64,000 nt of DNA from Haliotis rufescens (GCF_023055435.1 NW_025964223.1:23746001-23810000), one strand, 5' to 3'. Shown: positions 35,652 to 50,324, counted from the first letter of the stretch. The notes: a model not told the origin generated them from the sequence alone. Numbers and translations are program-made.

Positions 35652-37248
35652 CTTGATGCAAAAGGTGGAGCTTTCTTCCAAACAGGATCAAAGTATCGAA
35701 TGGATTTAAATGTCTGTATTTATACACTACACAAGCCCCATAAAATACTAATTCAAGTAATATATAGCTCCTCAGTCGATTTTTAAGTCGAGGATATATT
35801 GTATCCTCAAGCACCGGGTTGCTATAAGTAGTTTCTTTCACATACTACCAACTTCATATCCACATAAAAACAATCTCATGTGAATGTTAAACTATATTTA
35901 TTATTCAAACAACATGTTCTGCCATAACATCCACAATTTGGAACTTTGTTGTCAGACATGCAGGTCGTATTGAGTGTTTCAAATGGTATCATTCCATGGC
36001 ATCGAATATTCAATAACATCCGAAAATCGAAAAACACGAAATGTTTATCGACATTGTAAAATACAGAAGTTATCAGTAATCTCCTGCAGCACTCTCTCTT
36101 GATGTGAACTCTCACAGATGTGAGGCAGACATGACGTCACTCTGCAATGGGCTGACGTCATGCCGGAATTCTTTGACGCCTGGTACAACTCAACACATAT
36201 TGTTGGCAGAATGTGGAAAAAACAAGTAAATGGAAATTGGTCGGAAACATATTGATCGAACTGGATAATAATGTCACGTGTCGTTGCCATGAAGGCATAA
36301 TCACAACAATAAAAATGGCTTCATCCACCTCTTGATTCACATGAGTAAAAAACAATCTCAACGGTCAACCCATTACACAATGGTAGCATGACAGAGGATA
36401 GAACTTACAGCTTATAACTTATAACACAAAGAGGTGAGCAGCAATTATTCCAAGCAGGATGTTGGCATCATCGGCTTATTTCTCCACAACGAATTGCGCT
36501 TCGCGTACCCTGATGTTATGGAGTCTCTGATTTTGCAATGGTCTGTCAGTTGTAAAAGGTAAAGTGATGTGTAATGACGTTTAACGCCGCGTTGAATAGT
36601 ATTGCACTTACAAAGCGACATGCACTAGTTCGGACCAGTGCCGATTTTATAGTGCTAGCCAACTGAGATGCCATGCTTCAGTTTGACATGAACACAATGA
36701 CAGAGTATACTGCGAGCCGGACCTGTCCTTGTGTTTAAGTCCCTAAATGCCGAGAGCCCGACAGAATAACAACAAATAATCTTTTCACGTCATTTGGTGT
36801 GATGCAGCCGGGGATCGAACCCCGACCTTCCGCTCTCTGGGCAGACACTCTGCCACTAGATCTCGGGGGTGGTCCAGTTGTAATAAATATGCAACAATGG
36901 TGGTTCATTTGGAACACAAATGCACTGTGTTTCGATAAAAAGCTGGCATTCCTGTCAATGCATGTCATTTGTATAATGATGAGAGGAAAAAACTTGATGT
37001 GATCCTAATAAAATCCAGCCATCTGATTGCAGAACTCATATAAATCGGTTGGTCCGCCTGCCTATACGGACGTCATCTGCTTGTCACGTCATGTTTGACA
37101 TGGTTCCCATTTTGAATTAACATACTGATCTCACTGGCGTCGTAAGGTAGAATTGATATTGTCAAACAAACATAGTTCAAAACACGTCGTGAAAATGAAT
37201 ATAAACTGAGGAGCAAAATAGATTACACCGAGTTTGCTTTTTCGTGTA

Positions 37249-37423
37249 CAGTAAACTACGGTTATAACGAACTCAAAGGGACTACTAATTGTAGTTCGTT
37301 ATAACCGTAATTCGTTATAAGCATGTATACAGCATAACTACAGCGTATAGTCGGGACTAAAAAGTTAGTTCGTTATATCCGTTAGTTCGTTATAAGCGTG
37401 TTCGTTATAACCGTAGTTTACTG
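37249..37423. mobile_element. 175-bp pogo/Tigger-like MITE
   Basis: TA-flanked, TIR cagtaaactacggttataacgaac, internal gttcgttata repeats. Copies at 46567-46741 and 55945-56119; empty TA site at ~17027. Confidence 0.85.
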
Positions 37424-38050
37424 TAATTGAAAATTAAAAGAACTATTGTTAAATTTGCCTACTTGACCATCAACCATTCCTTCAAATGTTATAAAATTGT
37501 GTTCAGAAAAATTTATTTTCCGAAGTTACCAATCACCAGCATCGTATGATTTTTTTTTTGGTGGTGGTGGGGGGGAATAATGATAAGTTATCCCAAAAAA
37601 ATATTTAAAATAATAAAACCTTGTAGAAGTATTATTTGAGTGCTGACTAAGCGCCAGTATAGTTCATTTTGGGGAAATAGTAGGTCTAACTTGTGATATT
37701 TTTAATTGAAAATCAAATATATGGTAAAATCCACTGAGAGGTATTGTTTCATTTGATCCTCAGATTAACTGAACATTTCAGAACAGCCTTCAACCTTCGA
37801 TCTCGCTTTGTGTAAACCCATTCAGCTAGTCCGGTATACCTGGGTAATGGCACATCAACTACTCACCACAACCTCGTGCATAACACATAAAGTTTTAAGA
37901 GAATTTAAAATCATACCTTACAAATCGGCTAAGGAGACATTTATCTCTTTAATTCTTTATGTGTGCTTGTGTGGTGTATAAATGCGAAGATTTCAATCCA
38001 TTCGACACTTTGATCCTGTTCGGAAGAGAAGCTCCACCTGTAGCAACAAT

Positions 38051-39185
38051 ATGAAGGCTGTCGCTATTCTTGCTGTTCTTGCTGTTGTGCTGTGCGGTGA
38101 GTTTAACTTTTGTTTTAAAAGTTCTATTCCAATGTATATCCAGAATCTGTTGTGCATTTTCCAAGGGTTTACATTTGGCCCAATCGTCAGTCAATGTGTC
38201 CATAGAGCCAGAATCCTCTCAAATTTGTTTTCAATCCCAGATTCGTTCTGATATTAATCCTTGGTTCGTCGGCATCCCACCCGTGCTTGTTGGTTTCAGA
38301 AGGAGTCGGCCTAGTCCTAATAAAGTTTCATAGCTATCGTTTTACATTTAGTAATCCCAGTGAGGGAGTGAGTTGAGTTTAACGCCACCTTTTGTGGTAT
38401 TTCAATTGTCAGCTGACGGCGTGTCAGCTTAATGGAGGAGGAAAGCCCGAAGTGATCCACAACTCAAACGTTTACCACTTCGGTGAAACTCACAAACATG
38501 AATATGGTACCGACAAACCTGGAAACATAATTGGTGCGAACTGGGATTAGAACCCACTATCATAGGTTTCTTGCGTACCTAAGGGACGCAACTCTGCAAA
38601 GCGGATGGACCACGACACATAGCTATACTTTTAATAATTAAAAGCCGTCCATTTAAAGTGTCGGTCAAGGTGTATTGTGTGGAAAAGATTCATTGCAACT
38701 TCATTGTGCTTGCTGAGGGACCTGTATTAAGATAGAAATATCATTCTACCTTTCATCCCTCTTCACAGCCAGCACTGTCAACTGTGACTGCCTTTGTCCC
38801 CGCATCCTTGACCCCGTCTGTGACACTGCCGGCAACTACTACGACAACTCGTGCCAGTTGAACTGCGTTGAGTAAGTATATCCATAAAATATGCTTACAG
38901 AGATTCGTCTAATACCTCCATTCTAGGACAAGGAGTATTAAATCAAAGTAGAGTTCATCCCAGATTAGAATATGGTGGTTAATCATCGCCGGTAACGAAA
39001 CTGCAGCTAACCTATATGACGATTAAATACCACGGTACTTTTTGAGATTTGAAAGTCAAATGTAAATTGATCCAAAAGGTGAAAATGGTCATCACGATGA
39101 ACCTCTACACTGTAGGGGTGCCGTCCAGGCCGCAGAAGGCGCCTACACCTTCAGTGCCAACTCTTGTGTTGCTGCCAGGAAGTAG
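38051..39185 (+). CDS. K7: secreted Kazal-type inhibitor precursor, 72 aa
   Basis: Exons 38051-38096, 38769-38871, 39116-39185. Translation MKAVAILAVLAVVLCASTVNCDCLCPRILDPVCDTAGNYYDNSCQLNCVEGAVQAAEGAYTFSANSCVAARK*. Confidence 0.9.
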
Positions 39186-40914
39186 ATGACTTTCACCTTC
39201 ACCTTTAACCAAATGGAGCGTCCCCGACTACAGAAGCACATATTGGTTGTGCAATAAAACATAGAAGCAATCCATCTGTCTGTTTTTCATGTATATTTAC
39301 ATCTTCCCGAGCAAGAGAGTTAACTGACTATAAAAGTCCAGTTTCCAACCTTGCCGAACTAGGCTGGTATAATGGAGTTACATTTTGCTAGACTAACGAG
39401 TCTATGCATAGTCCAGTCAAAATCGCGCAACGAAATGATGACACGATATACGGCTTTTCCATTGGACGAGTGGTCGGTCGCATGACCGCGAAATTGACGT
39501 TCATAAGTGTATGAACGACACAATTTGACGTTCATACGTTTTTCACGAAATCGTGTTCTTGAAATGACGTAAACTCTGACGGGACTGCTTCCACATTCCT
39601 TGGGAAACCCCTGGGAATTCCCTAGCACGAAAACATACATAAGCGTTCTTTCTGATCGTTTAGAACCTTTATAATTGGTCTCAGCGTTTCAGTCTACATT
39701 GAGAAATGTCAGAGAGCGTGACTGCATGATTGTTCACGAATAGCCTCGCTGCGGCCTATCCTAATGAACAAACGAAGAAATGCACATCTAAACTATCGTG
39801 GTATCGACTCAATCCGTGCCTAGGCTGACATTGACCGTCTCCAGCAATCTACGCATTTACCTTGGTGTCTGTTTGACGCATCTTTAATCACCTTTCAATA
39901 ATCGGTCAGTTGATCAATGATGACTAACACATGTAACCGCCACAGGTTCATTAACAACTTCGGAAATCCTCACGTCACGTTTATCGTGTCGGCCATTTTC
40001 ACGTCTTGTACTTGATGTAAAGGTATTACGATGCGCTTTCATTGTGACTGACTTGCAGAGGTAGTTCTTTACAGACATTTCTCATCTAATGGTGATATAA
40101 TTTGAACACATGTGTTGCGTAAGATGTTTCTGAAGAGCAAGTTGTGCATCCATACGCTCATGTTACCTCTCCTTTTGGGGAACTATTTTATTCCGCGATA
40201 CAGCTGGTTGTTGTTTGGCTGTCAGTGACAACATGAAGTCACACGTACTAAATAAAATTGTGTTTAGATCTTGGCCTACATCCTTTGGGGTAAGAAATTG
40301 TGATATAAAATTATAAGAATTGACTTTCACTTTGTGTCGCAAGCTCCGACGTTCATACAGTTTGGCCCTCACTCTACGAAGGTTCATACTCCAATGAACT
40401 CACACAAAGTGAAGGTCAATTCTTAATTGAAGTTGTCAATTCATTAGTATATATTCCTGATACCGTCATTGATGTGATACAATTAATATAGTGGCAAGGA
40501 ACATCATCCCTAATGGTTAATCACACTGTTAGGTCTTGGGGTAAAGCTTCCGGTAAGTTAAAGACAAATTATGTAGACATTTAAAGGGTTGCTTATTCAC
40601 CAATCAACCCAGACAGGATACGACAAAGGGAGGACAGACTAGAGAGTTGACTGACCACTGGCCATTCTCTGCCATCATTGTTTCATTCCAATCTTCATTC
40701 AGTCCCCTCCTACAACACGCATGAGCATAAATTGTTCGGAATGTTGGCGCACGTAAATGCAATGTTGCAGTAACGTATATATTTCCATCAAATAGGGAGT
40801 CAACCGGCTTTGTTGTGTAGAGGATAGGGCATCTGTCCAGAGAGAGAGTGAAAGGGTCCGTGGTTCAATCCCCTGCCCCGTCATATCAAAAGACGTGAAC
40901 ATATGGTCACGTGA

Positions 40915-42900
40915 TTAGGTTCACTGTGGGTGTTGTGATTCTGATCTGGGAAAAGGTTTCAGACATATTTCATGGACAACCAACCTGATAAGTATGCCAG
41001 CATTCGGATTTACTAACATAAACATTGCTATCACAGTTTGGAGAGGTCGAGTCGGTTGTTTTGTCCCTCGGGGCGGACAACCACCATGCATATACCTCGG
41101 TACACAGCTATCATGTCGGATGCCTTTGGCGTTTTGCCTGCTTTTTTGTAGTTAACATTCTTACTTGCCTCAGGGTCCATCTATAACACCCACAGTTCAG
41201 GATACAAGGGTTCAAACTATGTTATCTTTTCAGAATGTTTCAGATCAATGTTTGACTCTTGACAATGAGACCACTATTAGTTACCTCGCTAAAACACCAG
41301 TTTCGTGACGAGAAAGTGAAGTTGAGAAAACACGTACATGTTTTTGACTTGGGAATACAAACTGATAATCTGGAGGCTCAGTCCCGGCGTTGCAACTTTT
41401 CATGGGCTGTCAGATTGAAACAGAGAACAGCGTGTGGGATTTTATGTGCTCGTCACTGAACATCAGCTCCTCCAGCAAAGATGGTATTGAGCGTACCCTA
41501 AGACTGCATATCACGCATTGGGAACAGACATGTGATTGTCAAATTTACCTTCTTTTTTGATAATTCTGAAATGTTGACATATTGAACAAAAAATTGAAAA
41601 AAAATGAACAATTTCGAGTGTCTGAGGATTTTACAGAGCGAATGCGACAGACAGATCAAAATTGATCACCTTCATAATGATAGCGAGGGGTGACAAAAAA
41701 GTCTCGCGTATGAGCTATGGCAAGTTGGTTATCGATGATACGTGGATTGATGATTACATTGTCACAGACAATAATTCTGGACATACCGTTATGTATATGA
41801 AATCAAACCTGAATTATAATACAGATTTCAAACACTGTATAATAGATTTGACAACCAGATCTCTGCACAACAGACTGTGGTACTAGCACATAAATATGGT
41901 GGTGTCAATGTAGATACCAACCTTGATACTACAGGTTGATACTAACCAGATCTCAGATGGAATACCAGATTCAACCACTTTTCATCATCAAGAAGAAAGT
42001 ACACAAAACTATTGTTAGGTAAGACCTAGTGAAAACACTGCCTCAATACCAGACATAAATATAACTGATATTATGAGTGGCAACAGTGCCTCAGTTAGAA
42101 AAAATGTTATTACCACCATGTGCTCATGGAATATTAACGGCTTCTTCTCAAAAATTGAGTATTCGGATTTTGCTCTCTTTGGCAAATTATGAGACATTTT
42201 CTGGTGAATAGAGATAACGCGTATGAATGTGCATGATATTTTGCAAAATTTATTTAACGACTGTGAAATATTTAGTATCTCCCACTTCCTTAAGAGAGTC
42301 TGATAATGCTCTGTCTTTCAGGGTGAAGAATGAGTTGTCCCCCTTACATATTTCCTTCTGTTTGTTTCTATCAACCCTGAGGGTTCACCAGTATATTCAG
42401 AGAAGAGAATTGAATTGACACGCTCGAAAGGCAATTTATCAACATGCTAATGGCGATTCATTCGAATTTGTATTGTGTGGAGATTTCATTGCCAGGCAGA
42501 TTGGAAATCAGTTAGTTAAATCATTAAAGTTCATGTTGATTATTTACCTATTGACAAGGACAATAAAACCGATAACTTCTCTTGTTCTCAACAATCTTTA
42601 GATAAAGTCATAAACAACAATTGCCTAAATCTATTAGATATGTGTATGATACTTAGCATCCTTATAGTTAATATAAAATTAATCAGACATCACAGGCGAT
42701 CTGACTTGTGTATGGCATTCTGGATGCAGCGTTGTTGAAAATTTTATCATTTCCACTAATATTTTTACAAACATACCAGACATATACAATAGACTGATGT
42801 CTCAAATTGGGATCAGAAAAGACACATCTTCCTGTATTCTTCAGAAAAATATATGTTGGTAATATAGAGAATAACCTTCGCACATCCTGTTATTACCTAT
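40915..42900 (+). mobile_element. Paralogous APE-LINE remnant
   Basis: Collinear with 31385-33420 (TMCSWNINGF, CGDF). Confidence 0.7.
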
Positions 42901-43334
42901 CATGTGTACCTCATGAGTTCATGTTAAAAGTCGGTTGAATTATTTCTTGAAGGGGGTATGGACGTTTTCTCTGATGTGATGTGATGTGACGTTACGTTAC
43001 GTGATGACCACCTCTCACAAGACAATCTATGATCTGAGTATGCCGTGTTTGTTGTTTGAGGGGACTTAATGTGAGATGTATTCAGCCTACTCTACAGAGA
43101 CAAATGTATTGACCTCATTCTGTAATACATTCTAGTCGTGTCGTGTCAAATTGGAATACAGTTCAAGATAAATTTGATAATTATTTAACCTTGTCGACAT
43201 TCAACGGTATCACTGAATATAAATAAAAACATAGACATGACCAGATGGATTACTTAAATATTGTATTGCACAATCAATATGTGCTTTTGTAGTCGGGGAC
43301 GCTCCATTTGGTCAAAGGTGAAGGTGAAAGTCAT

Positions 43335-44947
43335 CTACTTCCTGGCAGCAACGCAAGAGTTGGCACTGAAGGTGTATGCGCCTTCTGCGGCCTGGACGGC
43401 ACCCCTACAATGTAAAGGTTCATGGTGAGGAAGAATGAAAAATTGTAACTGGTACATTCCCTTCAATTTTGTTAGATTACACAACATGTGTTTTTCCTAA
43501 TTACGGCAGAAAAGCATATTTATCGTTTCATTAAAATCAATCAATGCGATTAAATCTTGAGACACGGCAAAAATAACACCAAAACATAGTTACACGGTAA
43601 TTAAATTTCCTGCCCTTGTCTACTGGATTAATGTTTTTGCTGTCAAATGAAGCACAGTCTTGACGACATATTTATTGAAGCAAAGGGGGGGGGGGGGGGG
43701 GGGGGGGGTGTTTAGAGAGGACTGTCAAGATAATGGGGGTTGAATGTTAAATTGTATGTCTTTACCATGACCATTCAAAACAAAAGGACATAAGTGCTAC
43801 GACTTATGTTATCACTTTACATTTTTACGTTGGCTTAGCAAATCGAAAAGAGAACCATCGTATTAATCATCATTGGGATTAATTGCGGTTTCGTTACAGT
43901 CGACTATATTCTAGCCTGTTATATTTGGGATGGACTCTAGTTTGCTTTGACACTCTTAGCGCTAGAGTTATGAGACGTATCTCTGTAAAAGTATTTCATT
44001 GATATACTTACTCAACACAGTTCAACTGACACGAGTTGTCGTAGTAGTTGCCGGCGGTGTCACAGACGGGGTCAAGGATGCGGGGACAAAGGCAGTCACA
44101 GTTGACAGTGCTGGCTATGAAGAGACATGAAGGATAGAATGATATGTCTATCCTGATACAGGTCTCTCAGCAAGTATAAGCTTGTTGCAAGGAATATTTT
44201 CCACACATTCTACCTTGTCCCACACTTTAAATGAACATTTTGTCGAGTTGCGAACCTTGGGCATGCAAGAAACCTATGATCGTGGGTTTGAATCCCGGTT
44301 CGCCCCGATTATGTTTCTAGGTTAGTCAGCACTATACTCATGTTCGTGCGTTTCACCAAAGTGGTAAACGTTTGAGTCGTGCAACACTTTGGGCTTTCCT
44401 CCCACGTTAAGCTGACACGCCATCATATGATTGGAATACCGCAAAAGGCGGCATTAAACCCAACTCACTCACTCATTCACTATGATTACTAAATGTAAAA
44501 CGATAGCTATGTAGCTTTATGGCTGGCTGTGAAGAAATATGAGGGGTAGAATGATATTGCTCAGGAAGCACTTGGTTTTTGCAAGGAATATTTTCCAAAC
44601 AATATACCTTGATCGACACTTTAATTGACGACTTTTAGTTAGTAAATGTAAAACGATATAAATTTACTTCATGCAGACGTGGTTCATCTGAAACTGACTA
44701 ATATGGGTGTGGTGGTGACACTAATAAGGATCGAAATCAGAAAAAATCTGGGCTTAAAAATTATAAGAGGGTTCTGACTCAACTAACTCTGCGACTTCCT
44801 CCATCTCAGGCGACAGAGTCAATTATGACCCGTGGGAAAATGCACAAGGGATTGTGCATGATACATTTGAATATAACTGATGAAACAGAGCTCAAACTCA
44901 CCACACAGCACCGCAGCAAAAACAGCAAGAATAACAGCAGCCTTCAT
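43335..44947 (-). CDS. K8: secreted Kazal-type inhibitor precursor, 72 aa
   Basis: Exons 44947-44902, 44114-44012, 43404-43335. Signal peptide MKAAVILAVFAAVLC; mature peptide identical to K7. PolyA hexamer is the variant AATACA. Confidence 0.9.
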
Positions 44948-46566
44948 CGTGATGCCAAAGGATGGAGCTTCTCTTCCGAACAGGATCAAAGTATCGAATG
45001 GATTCAAATGTCTGTATTTATACACTACATACGGCCCATAAAATACTAATTCAAGTAATATATAGCTCCTCGGTCGATTTTTAAGTCGAGGATATATTGT
45101 ATCCTCAAGCACCGGGTTGCTATAAGTAGTTTGTGTCGCGTACTACCAACTTCATATCAACATAAAAACAATCTCATGTGAACGTAAAACTATATTTATT
45201 ATTCAAACAACATGTTTTGCCATAGCATCCACTTTGGGTCAATTTGGAGCTTTGTTTTCAGACTTGCAGGTGTTACTGAGTTTTCGATGCCCGGTTTCAA
45301 ATATTAACATTTCAGGGCATCGAATATTCAATAACATCCGATAATCGAAAACACGAAATGTTTCTCGACATTGCAAAATACAGAAGTTGTAATCTTCTGC
45401 AGCACTCTCTCTTGATGTGAACTCTCACAGTTGTGAGGCAGACATGTCGTCACTCTGCAATGGGCTGACGTCATGCTGGAATACTTTGACGCCTGGTACA
45501 ACTGAACTCATATTGTTGGCAGAATGTGGAAAAAACAAGTAAACGAAAATTGGTCTGAAACATATTGATCCAACTGGATAATTATTTAACGTGTCACTGC
45601 CATGAAGGCATAATCACAACAACAAAAATGGCTTCATCCACCTCTTGATTCACATGAGTAAAAAACAATCTCAACGGTCAACCCATTACACAATGGTAGC
45701 ATGACAGAGGATAGAACTTACAGCTTATAACTTATAACACAAAGAGGTGAGCAGCAATTATTCCAAGCAGGATGTTGGCATCATCAGCTTATTTCTCCAC
45801 AACGAATCACGTTTCGCGTACCCTGATGTTATGGAGTCTCTGATTTTGCAATGGTCTGTCAGTTGTAAAAGGTAAAGTGATGTGTAATGACGTTTAACGC
45901 CGCGTTGAATAGTATTGCACTTACAAAGCGACATGCACTAGTTCGGACCAGTGCCGATTTTATAGTGCTAGCCAACTGAGATGCCATGCTTCAGTTTGAC
46001 ATGAACACAATGACAGAGTATACTGCGAGCCGGACCTGTCCTTGTGTTTAAGTCCCTAAATGCTGAGTGCCCGACAGAATAACAACAAATAATCTTTTCA
46101 CGTCATTTGGTGTGATGCAGCCGGGGATCGAACCCCGACCCTCCGCTCTCTGGGCAGACACTCAGCCACTGGATCTCGGGGGTGGTCCAGTTGTAATAAA
46201 TATGCAACAATGGTGGTTCATTTGGAACATAAATGCACTGTGTTTCGATATAGAGCTAGCATTCCTGTCAATGCATGTCATTTGTATAATGATGTGGGGA
46301 AAAAACTTGATGTGATCCTAATAAAATCCAGCCATCTGATTGCAGAACTCATATAAATCGGTTAGTCCTCCTGCCTATGCCTATATGACGTCATCTGCTT
46401 GTCACGTCATATTTGACATGGTTCCCATTTTGAGTTAACATACTGATCTCACTGGCGTCATAAGGTAGAATTGATATTGTCAAACAAACATAGTTCAAAA
46501 CACGTCGTGAAAATGAATATAAACTGAGGAGCAAAATAGAATACACCGAGTTTGCTTTTTCGTGTA

Positions 46567-46741
46567 CAGTTAACTACGGTTATAACGAACTCAAAGGGAC
46601 TACTAATTTTAGAACGTTATAACCGTAATTCGTTATAAGCATATATACAGCATAACTACAGCATATAGTCGGGACTAAAAAGTTAGTTCGTTATATCCGT
46701 TAGTTCGTTATAAGCGTGTTCGTTATAACCGTAGTTTACTG
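46567..46741. mobile_element. pogo/Tigger-like MITE copy
   Basis: As 37249-37423. Confidence 0.85.
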
Positions 46742-47351
46742 TAATTGAAAAATAAAAGAACTATTGTTAAATTTGCCTACTTGACCATCAACCATTCCTT
46801 CAAATGTTATAAAATTGTGTTCAGAAAAATTTATTTTCCTAAGTTACCAATCACCAGCATCGTATGATTTTGGGGGGAAAATAATTAAAAGTTATCCCCA
46901 AAAAAATATTTAATATAATAAAACCTTGTAGAAGTATTATTTGAGTGCTGACTAAGCGCCGGTATAGTTCATTTTGGGGAAATAATATGTCTAACTTGTG
47001 ATATTTTTATTTGAAAATCATTCATATGGTAAAATCCACTGAGAGGTATTGTTTCATTTGATCCTCAGATTAACTGAACATTTCAGAACAGCCTTCAACC
47101 TTCGATCTCGCTTTGTGTAAACCCATTCAGCTAGTCCGGTATACCTGGGTAATGGCACATCAACTACTCACCACAACCTCGTGCATAACACATAAAGTTT
47201 TAAGAGAATTTAAAATCATACCTTACAAATCGGCTAAGGAGACATTTATCTCTTTAATTCTTTATGTGTGTGTGGTGTATAAATGCGGAGATTTCAATCC
47301 ATTCGACACTTTGATCCTGTTCGGAAGAGAAGCTCCATCTATAGCATCAAT

Positions 47352-48476
47352 ATGAAGGCTGTCGCTATTCTTGCTGTTCTTGCTGTTGTGCTGTGCGGTG
47401 AGTTTAACTTTTGTTTTAGAAGTTCTATTCCAATGTATATCCAGAATCTGTTGTGCATTTTCCAAGGGTTTACATTTGGCCCAATCGTCAGTCGATGTGT
47501 CCATAGAGCCAGAATACTCTCAAATTTGTTTTCAATCCCAGATTCGTTCTGATATTAATCCTTGGTTCGTCGGCATCCCACCCGTGCTTGTTGGTTTCAG
47601 AAGGAGTCGGCCTAGTCCTAATAAAGTTTCATAGCTATCGTTTTACATTTAGTAATCCCAGTGAGGGAGTGAGTTGAGTTTAACGCCACCTTTTGTGGTA
47701 TTCCAATTGTCAGCTGACGGCGTGTCAGTTGAATGGAGGAGGAAAGCCCGAAGTGATCCACAACTCAAACGTTTACCACTTCGGTGAAACTCACAAACAT
47801 AATTATGGTACCGACAAACCTGGAAACATAATTGGTGCGAACTGGGATTAGAACCCACTATCATAGGTTTCTTGCGTACCTAAGGGACGCAACTCTGCAA
47901 AGCGGATGGACCACGACACATAGCTATACTTTTAGTAATTAAAAGCCGTCCATTTAAAGTGTGTATTGTGTGGAAAAGATTCATTGTAACTTCATTGTGC
48001 TTGCTGAGGGACCTGTATTAAGATAGAAATATCATTCTACCTTTCATCCCTCTTCACAGCCAGCACTGTCAACTGTGACTGCCTTTGTCCCCGCATCCTT
48101 GACCCCGTCTGTGACACCGCCGGCAACTACTACGACAACTCGTGCCAGTTGAACTGCGTTGAGTAAGTATATGCATAAAATATGCTTACAGAGATTCCTC
48201 TCATACCTCCATTCTAGTACTAGGAGTATCAAATCAAAGTAGAGTTCATCCCAGATTAGAATATGGTGGTTAATCATCGCCGGTAACGAAACTGCAGCTA
48301 ACCTATATGACGATTAAATACCACGGTACTTTTTGTGATTTGAAAGTCAAATGTAAATTGATCCAAAAGGTGATAATGGTCATCACGATGAACCTTTACA
48401 TTGTAGGGGTGCCGTCCAGGCCGCAGAAGGCGCCTACACCTTCAGTGCCAATTCTTGTGTTGCTGCCAGGAAGTAG
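47352..48476 (+). CDS. K9: secreted Kazal-type inhibitor precursor, 72 aa
   Basis: Exons 47352-47397, 48060-48162, 48407-48476; protein identical to K7. Confidence 0.9.
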
Positions 48477-48823
48477 ATGACGTTCACCTTCACCTTTAAC
48501 CAAATGGAGCGTCCCCGACTACAGAAGCACATACTGGTTGTGCAATAAAACATAGAAGCAATCCATCTGTCTGTTTTTCATGTATATTTACATCTTCCCG
48601 AGCAAGAGAGTTAACTGACTATAAAAGTCCAGTTTCCAACCTTGCCGAACTAGGCTGGTATAATGGAGTTACATTTTGCTAGACTAACGAGTCTATGCAT
48701 AGTCCAATCAAAATCGCGCAACGAAATGATGACATTTGTTTTTAGGCAAAAGTCTCTCCGCCACAGAGGGGCATGTCAAAGCCGATTATGATATCCCGTT
48801 CTGATCACAACTGTTCACAATGT

Positions 48824-49828
48824 AATAATTCTTTAATTTGAAGTTTACACGATATACGGCTTTTCCATTGGACGAGTGGTCGGTCGCATGACCGCGAAAT
48901 TGACGTTCATAAGTGTATGAACGACACAATTTGACGTTCATACGTTTTTCACGAAATCGTGTTCTTGAAATGACGTAAACTCTGACGGACTACTTCCACA
49001 TTCCTTGGGAAACCCCTGGGAATTCCCTAGCACGAAAACATACATAAGCGTTCTTTCTGATCGTTTAGAACCTTTATAATTGGTCTCAGCGTTTCAGTCT
49101 ACATTGAGAAATGTCAGAGAGCATGACTGCATGATTGTTCACGAATAGCCTCGCTGCGGCCTATCCTAATGAACAAACGAAGAAATGCACATCTAAACTA
49201 TCGTGGTATCGACTCAATCCGTGCCTAGGCTGACATTGACCGTGTCCAGCAATCTACGCATTTACCTTGGTGTCTGTTTGACGCATCTTTAATCACCTTT
49301 CAATAATCGGTCAGTTGATCAATGATGACTAACACATGTAACCGCCACAGGTTCATTAACAACTTCGGAAATCCTCCCGTCACGTTTATCGTGTCGGCCA
49401 TTTTCACGTCTTGTACTTGATGTAAAGGTATTACGATGCGCTTTCATTGTGACTGACTTGCAGAGGTAGTTCTTTACAGACCTTTCTCATCTATTGGTGA
49501 TATAATTTGAACACATGTGTTGCGTAAGATGTTTCTGAAGAGCAAGTTGTGCATCCATACGCTCATGTTACCTCTCCTTTTGGGAAACTATTTTATTCCG
49601 CGATACAGCTGGTCGTTGTTTGGCTGTCAGTGACAACATGAAGTCACACGTACTAAATAAAATTGTGTTTAGATCTTGGCCTACATCCTTTGAGGTAGGA
49701 AATTTTGATATAAAATTATAAGAATTGACTTTCACTTTGTCGCAAGCTCCGACGTTCATACAGTTTGGCCCTCACTCTACGAAGGTTCATACTCCAATGA
49801 ACTCACACAAAGTGAAGGTCAATTCTTA
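48824..49828. mobile_element. ~1-kb non-autonomous insertion with a terminal hairpin and no clear TSD
   Basis: Absent from the empty site caatgtattgaag (~30887). Ends in the inverted repeat taagaattgactttcactttgt...acaaagtgaaggtcaattctta. Copies at ~39441-40426 (5'-deleted) and ~58206-59209. Confidence 0.7.
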
Positions 49829-50324
49829 ATTGAAGTTGTCAATTCATTAGTATATATTCCTGATACCGTCATTGATGTGATACAATTAATATAGTGGCAA
49901 GGAACATCATCCCTAATGGTTAATCACACTGTTAGGTCTTGGGGTAAAGCTTCCGGTAAGTTAATTAAAGACAAATTATGTAGACATTAAAAGGGTTGCT
50001 TATTCACCAATCAACCCAGACAGGATACGACAAAGGGAGGACAGACTAGAGAGTTGACTGACCACTGGCCATTCTCTGCCATCATTGTTTCATTCCAATC
50101 TTCATTCAGTCCCCTCCTACAACACGCATGAGCATAAATTGTTCGGAATGTTGGCGCACGTAAATGCAATGTTGCAGTAACGTATATATTTCCATCAAAT
50201 AGGGAGTCAACCGGCTTTGTTGTGTAGAGGATAGGGCATCTGTCCAGAGAGAGAGTGAAAGGGTCCGTGGTTCAATCCCCTGCCCCGTCATATCAAAAGA
50301 CGTGAACATATGGTCACGTGATTA

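Noticed and set aside
41662-42418. Short ORFs repeated identically in the last three units
   Set aside because: Their recurrence reflects recent segmental duplication of a dead LINE, not coding constraint.
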